Below are positions 1 to 8,718 of a stretch of DNA of 48,367 nt, piece after piece. The stretch lies in IMG/VR virus record IMGVR_UViG_3300045988_113246. The stretch is one strand, 5' to 3'. The stretch comes from a virus. The position numbers and the translations under genes are program-made. The notes under the pieces are model-generated. The model was not told the DNA's origin, made no database searches, and worked only from the letters and a program-made list of their open reading frames with translations. Numbering within the stretch: position 1 is the stretch's first letter; every line of letters begins with the position of its first letter.

Positions 1-55
1 TCGGGTACTTAAATCGTAATACCTTGATAATCAAGATTAAACGCGGAGAGAGAGG
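1..55. repeat. Terminal direct repeat, exact copy of 48313..48367 (circular-contig overlap)
   Basis: The first 55 nt (tcgggtacttaaatcg...gagagagagg) are identical to the last 55 nt. Gene order runs continuously across the junction: lysis genes, terminators, then integrase. Confidence 0.9.
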
Positions 56-77
56 CTCTAACATCTTTGTAACCAAA

Positions 78-121
78 CGTAGCCAACTATATTCATTTAT
101 AAGTAGTTGGCTACGTTTTTT
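78..121 (+). terminator. Rho-independent terminator hairpin
   Basis: Perfect 12-bp stem cgtagccaacta (78..89) / tagttggctacg (104..115), followed by T6 (116..121). It lies downstream of the last plus-strand gene across the circular junction and downstream of the integrase on the other strand. Confidence 0.7.
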
Positions 122-175
122 ATATATTCGTGAATACCATTTGAAACCGATAGTTCCAAACATTAAAGCAGAAAA

Positions 176-194
176 CGGGTACTTTTTCGGGTAC
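176..194. repeat. 19-nt repeat CGGGTACTTTTTCGGGTAC (second copy at 48302..48320); candidate integrase arm-type site
   Basis: Exact 19-mer, itself a tandem of CGGGTAC spaced by T5. It occurs twice, about 186 bp apart on the circle, and abuts the integrase stop codon. Confidence 0.4.
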
Positions 195-195
195 G

Positions 196-1515
196 CTATT
201 TTTCATCTTCGCCGTAAGAATTGAACTTATCCATATTTTCAACCTTCGCAGCGTCCACGATTTTAATATACGGCTTCATGGCTTTATAGTCGCTGTGTCC
301 CGTCCATTCCATTATAACGGGTGCAGGAATACCCAGCCGAAGCGCGTTTACTATAAAAGTACGCCTTCCGGCATGAGTGGTCAGAAGTGCGTATTTTTCC
401 ACTATTTCCTCAGTCCGCACGCTACCATGATACGAAACGACCCTTATAGGCTCGTCAAGCCCGGCGATTTCGGCGGCTTCGTGTAGGTGTTCGTTCATTT
501 TCACGTTACTAATAACAGGCAATGCCCTGCCCTTTGGTAGTTCCAAGTCCTTGTATTTGTCAAGTATTGATAGCGCGTACTTATTTAGTTCTATATGCAA
601 CCGCGCCGTAGTTTTCTTTGTTACGATAGAGATATACGGCGGCTTTGCTTCGCGCTTAACGTCAGACAGACGCAGACGGGCAACATCAGAGTAGCGAAGC
701 CCAGTAAAGCAGCAAAAGCAGAACACATCGCGCACAGACGAAAGCGAAGGTTTGTTTTTCGGGAACTTGAATTTTAGAAAGTGCTGCAGTTCTTCCCAGC
801 TTAGATAAATAACCTCTTTACAGTCCAGCCCCTTAAAACGTGGGCGGTACTGAAGATGTGCCGCGCCATTATAGTAGCCGTTGGAAGCAGCCCAACGCAA
901 GAACCAGCGCAAGAAGCCTACGTTTTTGGCTACCGTTGTGTTAAGTTGGTTCTCTTCCGTTTGGAGGTAAGAAACGAACGCCGCAAAGTCAGCCTTAGAG
1001 AAGTCCGACAGAGAAAGCGACGGGCAGAACTTTAGCAAGTGTTGTTTAATACTTGCAAACTTCGTATAGGTAGCCTTAGACCAATTATTAGTAACCCCCA
1101 TTTCTTTTGTAAAGAGGTCAAAGACATCGAAGAACCCATTAACCTCGTTTGCTTCCGTTTCTTCCTTTGGCTTCGCACGTCCTGCCGCTTCATTAAACGC
1201 CGCCTTAAATTCGGCAGTAGTTGGCGAACGTTTGTTTTCCATTTCAAAGCGAGCAAGCACCTCCTCCACCTTTGCCGACAGATTGATTAACGCCCTATTG
1301 ATTTCGCCCGAAGTCTGCTTATAGCTATTCTTTGCCCCAAGACGAACACAAGAGTTTATATCGTCCCATTTGGAAGGGGCGATAACATACCCGGAACGGA
1401 TATCAACACGGAGAGAAGCCCAGCTTACGCGCAGCCTAATGGGTACTTCTTCCGTAGCTTCCGTTTCCTTTGCGGTACGTTTAACGTGCAAACCTATCTT
1501 TATAGAAAACTTCAT
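196..1515 (-). CDS. int: Tyrosine recombinase / phage integrase
   Basis: 439 aa. Carries FTGLRYSDVARL (box I Arg), HAGRRTF (H-x-x-R) and GHSDYKAMKPYIKI (catalytic Tyr). The long N-terminal arm-binding plus SAM-like region is typical of Bacteroidota integrases. Confidence 0.9.
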   Translation of the reverse strand: MKFSIKIGLHVKRTAKETEATEEVPIRLRVSWASLRVDIRSGYVIAPSKWDDINSCVRLGAKNSYKQTSGEINRALINLSAKVEEVLARFEMENKRSPTTAEFKAAFNEAAGRAKPKEETEANEVNGFFDVFDLFTKEMGVTNNWSKATYTKFASIKQHLLKFCPSLSLSDFSKADFAAFVSYLQTEENQLNTTVAKNVGFLRWFLRWAASNGYYNGAAHLQYRPRFKGLDCKEVIYLSWEELQHFLKFKFPKNKPSLSSVRDVFCFCCFTGLRYSDVARLRLSDVKREAKPPYISIVTKKTTARLHIELNKYALSILDKYKDLELPKGRALPVISNVKMNEHLHEAAEIAGLDEPIRVVSYHGSVRTEEIVEKYALLTTHAGRRTFIVNALRLGIPAPVIMEWTGHSDYKAMKPYIKIVDAAKVENMDKFNSYGEDEK

Positions 1516-1802
1516 ATTTTCTTTGTTAGCATATTACCGCGCCCCGTCAGAAGCCAAAGCGCGGATATTGGATAATTTGCTACCAATATACTAAGCGTTT
1601 CTATTTCCATATTGCGATAACGCGCCGTATAGCCTTCCTTTGGCGTTAGTCCAAATTGGCGGCGCATTTCCCGATAACGTGAAGGGCTTAACCCATGCAG
1701 GACACAAAAACCGCTTAACGAGCTAACCAACTTGTAAGTAACAAGCGCGTCAATAGCGATAAAGAAACGGCGGTTTACCGCGTCGCTGTTTGTCCTTTGC
1801 AT
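1512..1802 (-). CDS. Small HTH DNA-binding protein (possible excisionase or regulator)
   Basis: 96 aa. 4-nt overlap with the integrase start. The C-terminal WLLTGRGNM motif is typical of Bacteroidota XRE-like HTH proteins. Confidence 0.55.
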   Translation of the reverse strand: MQRTNSDAVNRRFFIAIDALVTYKLVSSLSGFCVLHGLSPSRYREMRRQFGLTPKEGYTARYRNMEIETLSILVANYPISALWLLTGRGNMLTKKI

Positions 1803-2011
1803 AGTGAAGCGTTTATATTAGAAACCATAACCTTGTAGTCCGTTTCCGGCACAAGCGCAGTAGCAGCCCCCGAAAGGTAGGCAGCTTCCAGCGCGTCGAA
1901 TATTTGCGCGGTCATATAAGGATAGTAACCGCGATTGCTATAATACTTATCTACTTCAATTTCCACCATAGCCGTATAGTTATTTCTGTAACATTTTCGA
2001 TTTAAGCGCAT
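1775..2011 (-). CDS. Hypothetical protein
   Basis: 78-aa ORF co-oriented with the lysogeny module. No recognisable motif. Confidence 0.35.
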   Translation of the reverse strand: MRLNRKCYRNNYTAMVEIEVDKYYSNRGYYPYMTAQIFDALEAAYLSGAATALVPETDYKVMVSNINASLCKGQTATR

Positions 2012-2175
2012 TTTGCGTAAAAATGGTATAGTTGTAAGCCAAGACGGGAAAACGCGCTAAAAAGGGCGTTTCTGTGCGTTTGAGCGTATCACCATAATAC
2101 AACGCTTATTTATTCTATATACCTCTATTATAATGTATTAGAGCATTTACCAAAGTTCAACCTTACGCCCGAACA

Positions 2176-2604
2176 CTAACCGACAGCGGCACATCCGGCA
2201 GCTGCGCCCGTTTGGGCATTGGCTTTTTTAGTCAGTTCGGCAAGCGTTTCGATAGTACGCTGTTGGCTTTCGATTATTGAAAGCAAACGCGCCTTTTCTT
2301 CCTTCGCATCTTCCAGCAGCTTATAGAGCATTTCAGAAGGCGCGATATTTGCCGTTTGTTCCGATTGCGTACTATTGTTGTTTCTAAGTTGTAACATTTC
2401 CCCATCGCCGCGTATAAGCCAAACCGGGTTAAGTTCGGGGTATTGTCTGCTTATTGCTTCTAATTTGTCTGCCTTAATTGATTTCTTGATACTTGCAATA
2501 TAGGCAGAACCCACGCCGATAGTACGGCAAAATTCGCGCTCACTCATATTTAAGTACGCTACAAACGCCTTTAGACGCGACTTTACGGTATTTTCCTCGT
2601 CCAT
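2176..2604 (-). CDS. CI-like repressor (XRE-type HTH plus C-terminal coiled coil)
   Basis: 142 aa. HTH segment LNMSEREFCRTIGVGSAYIASIKK, then the WLIRGDGEM motif. Transcribed divergently from the plus-strand early operon. Confidence 0.7.
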   Translation of the reverse strand: MDEENTVKSRLKAFVAYLNMSEREFCRTIGVGSAYIASIKKSIKADKLEAISRQYPELNPVWLIRGDGEMLQLRNNNSTQSEQTANIAPSEMLYKLLEDAKEEKARLLSIIESQQRTIETLAELTKKANAQTGAAAGCAAVG

Positions 2605-2682
2605 AATTGTATCTTTTTGTTAAATATTCGCTTAGACAAACATTTTGTAGGCTTTTTATTTGCATATTGTATGCTTAATATC

Positions 2683-2690
2683 TATCTTTG
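2683..2690 (+). promoter_or_regulatory. Candidate early promoter -7 box TATCTTTG
   Basis: Matches the Bacteroides TAnnTTTG -7 consensus. Lies in the divergent repressor/early intergenic region, about 95 nt upstream of the first plus-strand ORF. Confidence 0.4.
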
Positions 2691-2783
2691 CAACGTGTTA
2701 ATAATACAAGTGCAAAGGTACACAATTTCCGAGCAGCTTGCAATAGCAAAAACACGCTAATTTTGAATTAAAAATAAAGCTAT

Positions 2784-3014
2784 ATGGTACATTCAAGTAA
2801 AACAATTAACCGCAACTTCCTTATAAAGGCAAGCGGAATTAACTCAGAAGGCAAGCGTATAAACACTTTGGTAGGTGTTTCCGGGCTGCTTGCTTTGATT
2901 GGCGAAGAGTTGGCGGACAAGTTCGTAACACGCGCTATAAAGGCTTCCTTCAACAACGACAGCTGCTGCTGTAAGTTAAGACGAGGTTTAAGAATAACAT
3001 TCTACAACAAATAA
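2784..3014 (+). CDS. Hypothetical early protein
   Basis: 76-aa ORF, first in the plus-strand early operon. Confidence 0.4.
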   Translation: MVHSSKTINRNFLIKASGINSEGKRINTLVGVSGLLALIGEELADKFVTRAIKASFNNDSCCCKLRRGLRITFYNK

Positions 3015-3027
3015 AGGAGATACAGAC

Positions 3028-3243
3028 ATGGCAACAAAGATGAACGACGAAAGAGGGTGCAGCGTTTGCGCCGCAGGAAGTGAAAACTTAGAGTTCTTCA
3101 CGACAAGGCTCGGTAGAAAAGTCTACCACCGCATGCAATACGACTACCGCCACACAGACGGCGAGCTATTCAGCTGTATCGGCAACGACTTAGAATCCTG
3201 CCGTAAGCGTCGGGACGAGTGGCTAAAGAGTAAGGAGGGCTAA
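3028..3243 (+). CDS. Small Cys-containing protein (possible zinc ribbon)
   Basis: 71 aa with CSVC ... C ... C spacing. AGGAGA lies 8 nt upstream of the ATG. Confidence 0.45.
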   Translation: MATKMNDERGCSVCAAGSENLEFFTTRLGRKVYHRMQYDYRHTDGELFSCIGNDLESCRKRRDEWLKSKEG

Positions 3244-3453
3244 ACGGGTAAGGGCTTTATTACCTTATAACGTATCATAATAATACGAAATGCCACATTT
3301 CACAATAGAGAAGCCAACGGAGAAAGTATCCCTTTCGTGAAGGCTATAAACCGGTGACAGCAGGAAACAGAACCGCAAGCTCGGTACGCTTCGGGCGTAT
3401 GGTGGGCGAACCACTGACCGAGCACAAATTATTAACTTCTAATTTTATAAGTC

Positions 3454-3696
3454 ATGGTATTAACAGAGAACAAGCCGAAAGGCAAACAGCAGGGTTTTAA
3501 CAGCGGCTTAAAGCAAGTGAAGATGGGCGACTATAAGACAGTCGTAGAGGAGTTGAAAAAGGCTTTAGGCATCAACAACCGTAACAGCTTCTACGCATAC
3601 CGCATGGGAGCCATCGAACCGAAGGTAACACAGGCGGAAGCCGTAGAAGGAGTGTTTAACCGCTTCGGCGTTACTAAAAACATTTGGGGCGCATGA
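3454..3696 (+). CDS. Hypothetical early protein
   Basis: 80-aa ORF. Its stop overlaps the next start (ATGA). Confidence 0.45.
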   Translation: MVLTENKPKGKQQGFNSGLKQVKMGDYKTVVEELKKALGINNRNSFYAYRMGAIEPKVTQAEAVEGVFNRFGVTKNIWGA

Positions 3697-4085
3697 AACT
3701 GAACGCAGAACTAAGCAAACGCGAAAGCCAAATAGCCGAACTATTGGCATGGGGCGCAAGCAAGAAGGAGGTAGCAGACAAACTATTTGTTTCAACGCGA
3801 ACCATAGAGAACACAGCCCGGAACATTTACGCCAAGATAGGCATCCAAAAGGCTACGGAATTGTGCGTTTGGTGGTTTTGCACGAAGTGCGGCGTACCTG
3901 TCAGCTTAGACCCATTAAAACGCGCCTTCATAGCGGTAGTTCTTCTTATAGCGTTTGTTCCACGCGAACTAACCAGCTTCGATGATATTTTCAGAGTTGG
4001 CAGACGTTCAAGGATAACGCGAGTAGCGAGGGCTGCAAGACGCGGCAGCGAAAGCAACGATAGTATTAACTTCCTAAACTTTTGA
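3693..4085 (+). CDS. LuxR/GerE-type HTH regulator with a C-terminal hydrophobic segment
   Basis: LSKRESQIAELLAWGASKKEVADKLFVSTRTIENTARNIYAKIGI is a GerE-type HTH. FIAVVLLIAFV looks like a membrane helix. The ATG at 3693 overlaps the upstream stop. Confidence 0.65.
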   Translation: MKLNAELSKRESQIAELLAWGASKKEVADKLFVSTRTIENTARNIYAKIGIQKATELCVWWFCTKCGVPVSLDPLKRAFIAVVLLIAFVPRELTSFDDIFRVGRRSRITRVARAARRGSESNDSINFLNF

Positions 4086-4088
4086 GTT

Positions 4089-4307
4089 ATGAACGAGTTA
4101 TATAGAATTTTCGGCATAAAGTGGAAACGCCCGTTAAAGTGGTACGACAAACTGCTCATTATTTGGGTAAGCGTGGCTATTTGCGGTTTTGCCGTGGATA
4201 TGGACTCTATACCATTTTGGGCGGTATTCTTGATTGTAGCCAACTTTTGCGCTTCGCTTTGGGTTTGTGCTAACGTGCTCCCCGACATTAAGGACAACGA
4301 AGAATAA
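4089..4307 (+). CDS. Small membrane protein (2 predicted TM helices)
   Basis: 72 aa with hydrophobic stretches LLIIWVSVAICGFAV and FWAVFLIVANFCASLWVCA. Confidence 0.5.
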   Translation: MNELYRIFGIKWKRPLKWYDKLLIIWVSVAICGFAVDMDSIPFWAVFLIVANFCASLWVCANVLPDIKDNEE

Positions 4308-4325
4308 CGGAAGGAGGACAGCAAT

Positions 4326-4622
4326 ATGAAGATTAACGACAACACGCGAGTAATAGACCTTACGGTAGGCGATTTCTTAGACGTAGTGGAAACGCGAGTA
4401 AGGCAAGTTCTAAGCGGAACGACACCCAAGGACAACGAGAAGCGGCGGTACGTTTACGGGCTTAAAGGCTTGATGAACTTGTTAGGGTGCAGCAAAACAA
4501 CCGCTTCACGCCTAAAGCAGTCCGGCAAGTTGGACGAAGCTATAACACAGTGCGGCTCATTGATAATCATCGATGCGGAAAAGGCACTACAATTAGCAGG
4601 AAGTAACAAAAACGACAAATAA
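4326..4622 (+). CDS. HTH protein (DUF3853/excisionase-like)
   Basis: 98 aa. LMNLLGCSKTTASRLKQSGKLDEA resembles the MerR/excisionase-type HTH common in Bacteroidota mobile elements. Confidence 0.5.
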   Translation: MKINDNTRVIDLTVGDFLDVVETRVRQVLSGTTPKDNEKRRYVYGLKGLMNLLGCSKTTASRLKQSGKLDEAITQCGSLIIIDAEKALQLAGSNKNDK

Positions 4623-4638
4623 CCATAACAACAGCTAT

Positions 4639-6702
4639 ATGAGCAAACAAGTAAAAATTAGGCGTTTGACCCTTTGCAACTTCAAGGGCTTACGCAACGT
4701 AACGGTAGAGTTCAGCGAGAACACGACTACCATCAGCGGACGCAACGGCACGGGTAAAACCACCATTAAGGACGCTTTCAGTTGGCTCCTGTGGGGCAAA
4801 GACAGTGAGGGCAACACCGATAGCAAGTTTGGCATCAAGACCAACGATGCTAACGGCAACTTCATTCCCGACCTCGAACACGAAGTAAGCGGCACGTTTG
4901 ATGTAATAGACACCGAAACGGGCGCGGTTGATACCGTGGAGTTCCGCCGCGTATTGGTTGAGGAATGGAAAGTACCCAACGGCGAAACGGAGCGCGTACT
5001 GAAAGGACACCATACCGACTACTTCAGTAACGGCGTACCATTGAAAACAAAGGCAGAGTACGACAAGCGTATTAACGACATCATCCCCGAAGCCGTGTTT
5101 AAGGTAATAACAGACCCTTACTATTTTCTTACCCTTCATTGGAAGGCACAGCGCGAAATGCTCTTACAGATAGCCGGGAACGTGAGCGAAGCCGACGTAG
5201 CGAAAGATAACGCCGAGTTTGCCGCCCTTCTTGCAAGAGTGACGGGCAAGACGCTGGAGGACTACAAGCGCGAAGTAGCGGTACAGAAAAGCAAGATAAG
5301 CGACAGGCTGGAGAAGATACCCACAGCCATAGACGCAATAACGCGAGTAACGCCGACAGCACCCGACTACGCAGCTTTGGAAGCCGACAAAACACGTTTG
5401 GAAGGCGAGCTTTCAGAGATTGACACGGCGGCATCGTCGGCAGCTGAAGCCAACCGCATAGCCTACGAGAACGCGGCAAAGATACAGCAGCAAATCAACG
5501 AGCGCAAAACCGCCCAGCAAAAAGTATTCTTTGAAGCCAAGGAAGCAGCGCGTAACCAAGCCTACAAGACGAACGAAGCCTACAATAACGCTGCCCGTGA
5601 TATGCAGACATTGGACGCGCAAGCAAGAAGCGTAGAAACCGCTTATTCCAGCGACAAGGCAAGAATACAGACACGCATCCAGCAAGTACAGCGTTACACG
5701 GACGAAACCAAGAGCCAGCAGGACGCATTACGCGAAAGTTGGTACAAGGTGAACGCCGAAGAGTTCAGCGGAGAAGCAGAAAGCCTCGTTTGCCCTTTGT
5801 TCAACATCTGTTGCAAGGACGAGGAAGCGAAGGCGGCTTACAATGAGAACCGCGAAGCCGCAAGGGTAAAGTTTGGCGAGGATAAAGAAAAACGCCTTAA
5901 CACCATCAACGAGAAAGGCAAGGGACTAACGACACAGATAGAGCAGCAGGAAGCCGAGATAAGCCGACTTAACGGCGAGCTTGCAACGTTGGAAGCGAAG
6001 CACAGCACGGAAACAACAGACATAGCCAACCGCCGCGCCCTTCTTAACAAGACACTTGCAGAAAGCCCAAGAGTAAGCACAGAGCCGGACATCAAACCCG
6101 AAACGCTGCCCGAGTGGGTAAAGCTACAAGGCGAGATTACAAGCCTTACCGCGCAACTTCCAACCGCCGACACTACCAACGCAAGCAACACGGCAGAGCT
6201 ACGCCAGCGCAAGGAGAGTATAACCGCGCAGCTTAAAGGCGTGGAACGTTTGCTCGGAGTACGCACGACCATAGAAACCAACAACGCGGAGGTAGCGAAA
6301 CTTCGCGAGGAAGCCGCAAAGTTGGCGCAGGAGAAAGCCGACCTTCAGAACGAAGAAACGCTTATAGACGAGTTCACGACGGCAAGAATGAACGAGGTAG
6401 AACGCCGCGTAAACGCTTTGTTTAGCCGTGTTCAGTTCAAGATGTACCGCACACAGATAGAGGACGCGAAGCAAGTACCCGACTGCGTTTGCTACATAGA
6501 CGGTGTAAGGTACGCCGACAAGAACACAGCAGGGAAGGTAAACGCAGGGCTGGACGTGATTAACACCCTTTGCGCCTTCCACGGAGTAAGCGCACCGATA
6601 TTCATAGACAAAGCCGAGAGCGTGAACGAGTTTATCCCGGTAAACAGCCAGCTTGTAAAGTTGGTAGTTTCGACAGAAGATTTTACAGTAACAAACAGAT
6701 AA
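4639..6702 (+). CDS. SbcC/Rad50-like AAA ATPase (recombination module)
   Basis: 687 aa. N-terminal Walker A GRNGTGKTT, long central coiled coil, C-terminal IFIDKAESV (Walker B / D-loop-like). Confidence 0.75.
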   Translation: MSKQVKIRRLTLCNFKGLRNVTVEFSENTTTISGRNGTGKTTIKDAFSWLLWGKDSEGNTDSKFGIKTNDANGNFIPDLEHEVSGTFDVIDTETGAVDTVEFRRVLVEEWKVPNGETERVLKGHHTDYFSNGVPLKTKAEYDKRINDIIPEAVFKVITDPYYFLTLHWKAQREMLLQIAGNVSEADVAKDNAEFAALLARVTGKTLEDYKREVAVQKSKISDRLEKIPTAIDAITRVTPTAPDYAALEADKTRLEGELSEIDTAASSAAEANRIAYENAAKIQQQINERKTAQQKVFFEAKEAARNQAYKTNEAYNNAARDMQTLDAQARSVETAYSSDKARIQTRIQQVQRYTDETKSQQDALRESWYKVNAEEFSGEAESLVCPLFNICCKDEEAKAAYNENREAARVKFGEDKEKRLNTINEKGKGLTTQIEQQEAEISRLNGELATLEAKHSTETTDIANRRALLNKTLAESPRVSTEPDIKPETLPEWVKLQGEITSLTAQLPTADTTNASNTAELRQRKESITAQLKGVERLLGVRTTIETNNAEVAKLREEAAKLAQEKADLQNEETLIDEFTTARMNEVERRVNALFSRVQFKMYRTQIEDAKQVPDCVCYIDGVRYADKNTAGKVNAGLDVINTLCAFHGVSAPIFIDKAESVNEFIPVNSQLVKLVVSTEDFTVTNR

Positions 6703-6707
6703 AAGCC

Positions 6708-7535
6708 ATGTGTACCAAATTACCAGCGACCATCGAAGCCGCTAAGGAAAAGTTCGCTTTAGCTTGCCAAGAAGCGAAAACGTTAGAGATAGTTGGCAAC
6801 GTAGCGGCAGCGTTCAACGCCGTAGGAGTAGTAACCCTTCTTCGCGAAGCATTGACAGAGGAGGTAATGGACAAAGTTTTCATGCCCCTCATGAACACAA
6901 AGATAGGCTTCATGACAGACCGCACGGGCAAGCCCGACAAACGCGGTAACGTTAAGCCGCTTTACAGCCGGGACGTAGTACGCGACTGCATCATCGACGC
7001 GGTTATTATTGGTTTGCTTCCAACGGGCAACCAATTCAACATCCTCGCCGAAAGAATGTACCCGACAAAGGAAGGCTATACAGCCCTTCTTAAAAAGTTG
7101 GGGGTACGCTACGTTATTGAGATTGGGCAGGACAAAAGCCAAAACCCACAGTACGCGGAGCTTGCATGCAAGATTAGTTTTTCACACAACGGCGAGAAAA
7201 ACTCCTTTACGCTTAACGTGTCGGTAGTGAAGAACGATTACAGCAGCAACGACCAAATACGCGGCAAGGCAGAGCGCAAGGCGAAGAAGGCACTCTACGA
7301 GTATATAACGGGGTCAGACTTCGGGGACGGCGACGAAACCAGCACCCAAGTAGTAGACGCGGTAGCCGTGGAGATTAAGCAGGAAGCCAACACGGGCGCG
7401 ACTATTGGCATAAACCCGAACGCGGCGGCAGTAGTTCAGCCACAGCCAGCACAGCAGCAGCCACAGCCGACACCAGCGCAGCCGACGGCACAGCCAGCAG
7501 CCCCAACGTACAACGCCAACAAACCAGCTTTCTAA
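6708..7535 (+). CDS. RecT-like single-strand annealing protein with a PQ-rich tail
   Basis: The start was moved to the ATG at 6708, just after the upstream stop. AVIIGLLPTGNQFNILAERMYPTKEGYTALLKKLG resembles the RecT core. The gene sits between the ATPase and a nuclease. Confidence 0.5.
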   Translation: MCTKLPATIEAAKEKFALACQEAKTLEIVGNVAAAFNAVGVVTLLREALTEEVMDKVFMPLMNTKIGFMTDRTGKPDKRGNVKPLYSRDVVRDCIIDAVIIGLLPTGNQFNILAERMYPTKEGYTALLKKLGVRYVIEIGQDKSQNPQYAELACKISFSHNGEKNSFTLNVSVVKNDYSSNDQIRGKAERKAKKALYEYITGSDFGDGDETSTQVVDAVAVEIKQEANTGATIGINPNAAAVVQPQPAQQQPQPTPAQPTAQPAAPTYNANKPAF

Positions 7536-7536
7536 G

Positions 7537-8295
7537 ATGGAGCTAACCGTTATAGGGTCAAGCAGTGAGGGTAACGAATACGTCTTGCAGAACGAAAGCG
7601 AAGCCCTCCTGCTCGAAGCCGGAAAGCCATTCAAGCAAGTGCTGGCAGCTTTGAAAGGAAAAGTAAACAAGGTTGTAGGCTGTCTGATAACCCACGAACA
7701 CGGCGACCACGCAGGGCGAATAAACGAGTTCCTAAAGTACGCCCTACCTGTTTACGCTTCACAAGGCACGATAGATAACGCCAAAATACGCACAAGTTGG
7801 AAACCCACAGCCATACAGCAGACGGAGGACATGAACGGCTACCTTCCGCTTACGTTGGGTAACTTTCGGGTTATTCCATTCGCGACAAAGCACGACGCGG
7901 CAGAACCGCTCGGCTTTTACATTTGGCATGAGGAAACTGGGGGCGTTTTATTCGCTACCGACACATTCTATTTGCCGTGCAAATTCAAGGGGTTAAACAA
8001 CATTCTTATAGAATGCAACTACGACCCGGAGATATTGGCACGGAGAGTTGAAAGCGGCGACATTCCAGCAGCTTTGCAGGAGCGAGTACGAAGAAGCCAT
8101 CTAAGCTACTATACTTGTTTGGACGCATTGAGGGCGAACGACCTAACAGCGGTAAACAACATCGTACTAATCCACATAAGCGAAGGGAACGGCAACCCTA
8201 CGGCTTTCCGTGAAGGCATACAGAGGGCGACGCACAAAACGGTATATACCGCGAAGCCCGGATTAAAAATCAAGTTCAACAAAAGCCCGTTTTAG
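7537..8295 (+). CDS. Metallo-beta-lactamase-fold nuclease/hydrolase
   Basis: 252 aa with the HEHGDH motif (H-x-H-x-D-H). Confidence 0.75.
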   Translation: MELTVIGSSSEGNEYVLQNESEALLLEAGKPFKQVLAALKGKVNKVVGCLITHEHGDHAGRINEFLKYALPVYASQGTIDNAKIRTSWKPTAIQQTEDMNGYLPLTLGNFRVIPFATKHDAAEPLGFYIWHEETGGVLFATDTFYLPCKFKGLNNILIECNYDPEILARRVESGDIPAALQERVRRSHLSYYTCLDALRANDLTAVNNIVLIHISEGNGNPTAFREGIQRATHKTVYTAKPGLKIKFNKSPF

Positions 8296-8297
8296 TC

Positions 8298-8696
8298 ATG
8301 ATAAAAGGATTTGACCAACAGACGCAGCCACTAAGCGAGTACGAAGAAAACGTACTGCTGCCCGTCATATTGCAAGGACTAAAGACCAAGCAAGGCAAGA
8401 AGAACGCAGTAACCAACCGAACGATAGTAATGCGGTTGAGTGTTGCAGGGTACAAGATAGACGAAGCGCGATGCCGTAAGCTAATAAACCATATTCGCAC
8501 AACGGATATTTTACCCGGACTAATAGCCACGTCGGGCGGCTACTTCTTAGCGGAGAACGAAGCGGAACTATTGGACTACGAAGAAAGCCTATTAGGACGC
8601 GAAAACGCCATTAAGGAAGTACGTTTAGCCATAGCAAGACAAAGACGCATCCTCTTTGAGGACGCGCACAAGCCCAAAGAAGGCAGCATTTTCTAA
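8298..8696 (+). CDS. Hypothetical protein
   Basis: 132-aa ORF tightly packed in the early operon. Confidence 0.45.
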   Translation: MIKGFDQQTQPLSEYEENVLLPVILQGLKTKQGKKNAVTNRTIVMRLSVAGYKIDEARCRKLINHIRTTDILPGLIATSGGYFLAENEAELLDYEESLLGRENAIKEVRLAIARQRRILFEDAHKPKEGSIF

Positions 8697-8718
8697 CATT
8701 CAAATAAACGACAACGAC

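Noticed and set aside
1-55. Terminal repeats read as attL/attR, or as LTR/IS ends of an integrated element
   Set aside because: The repeat sits exactly at both window ends with no host flanking sequence, and gene order is continuous across it. A 55-nt overlap also matches a commonly used assembler k-mer length. It is best read as circular-contig overlap. True terminal redundancy cannot be excluded without reads.
6570-6707. N-terminal extension of the RecT-like ORF back to 6570, and similar upstream extensions at 8656, 17905, 29807, 43075 and 44403
   Set aside because: The extensions overlap the preceding genes in another frame and encode Arg-rich junk. Internal ATGs placed just after the upstream stop give compact operon spacing.
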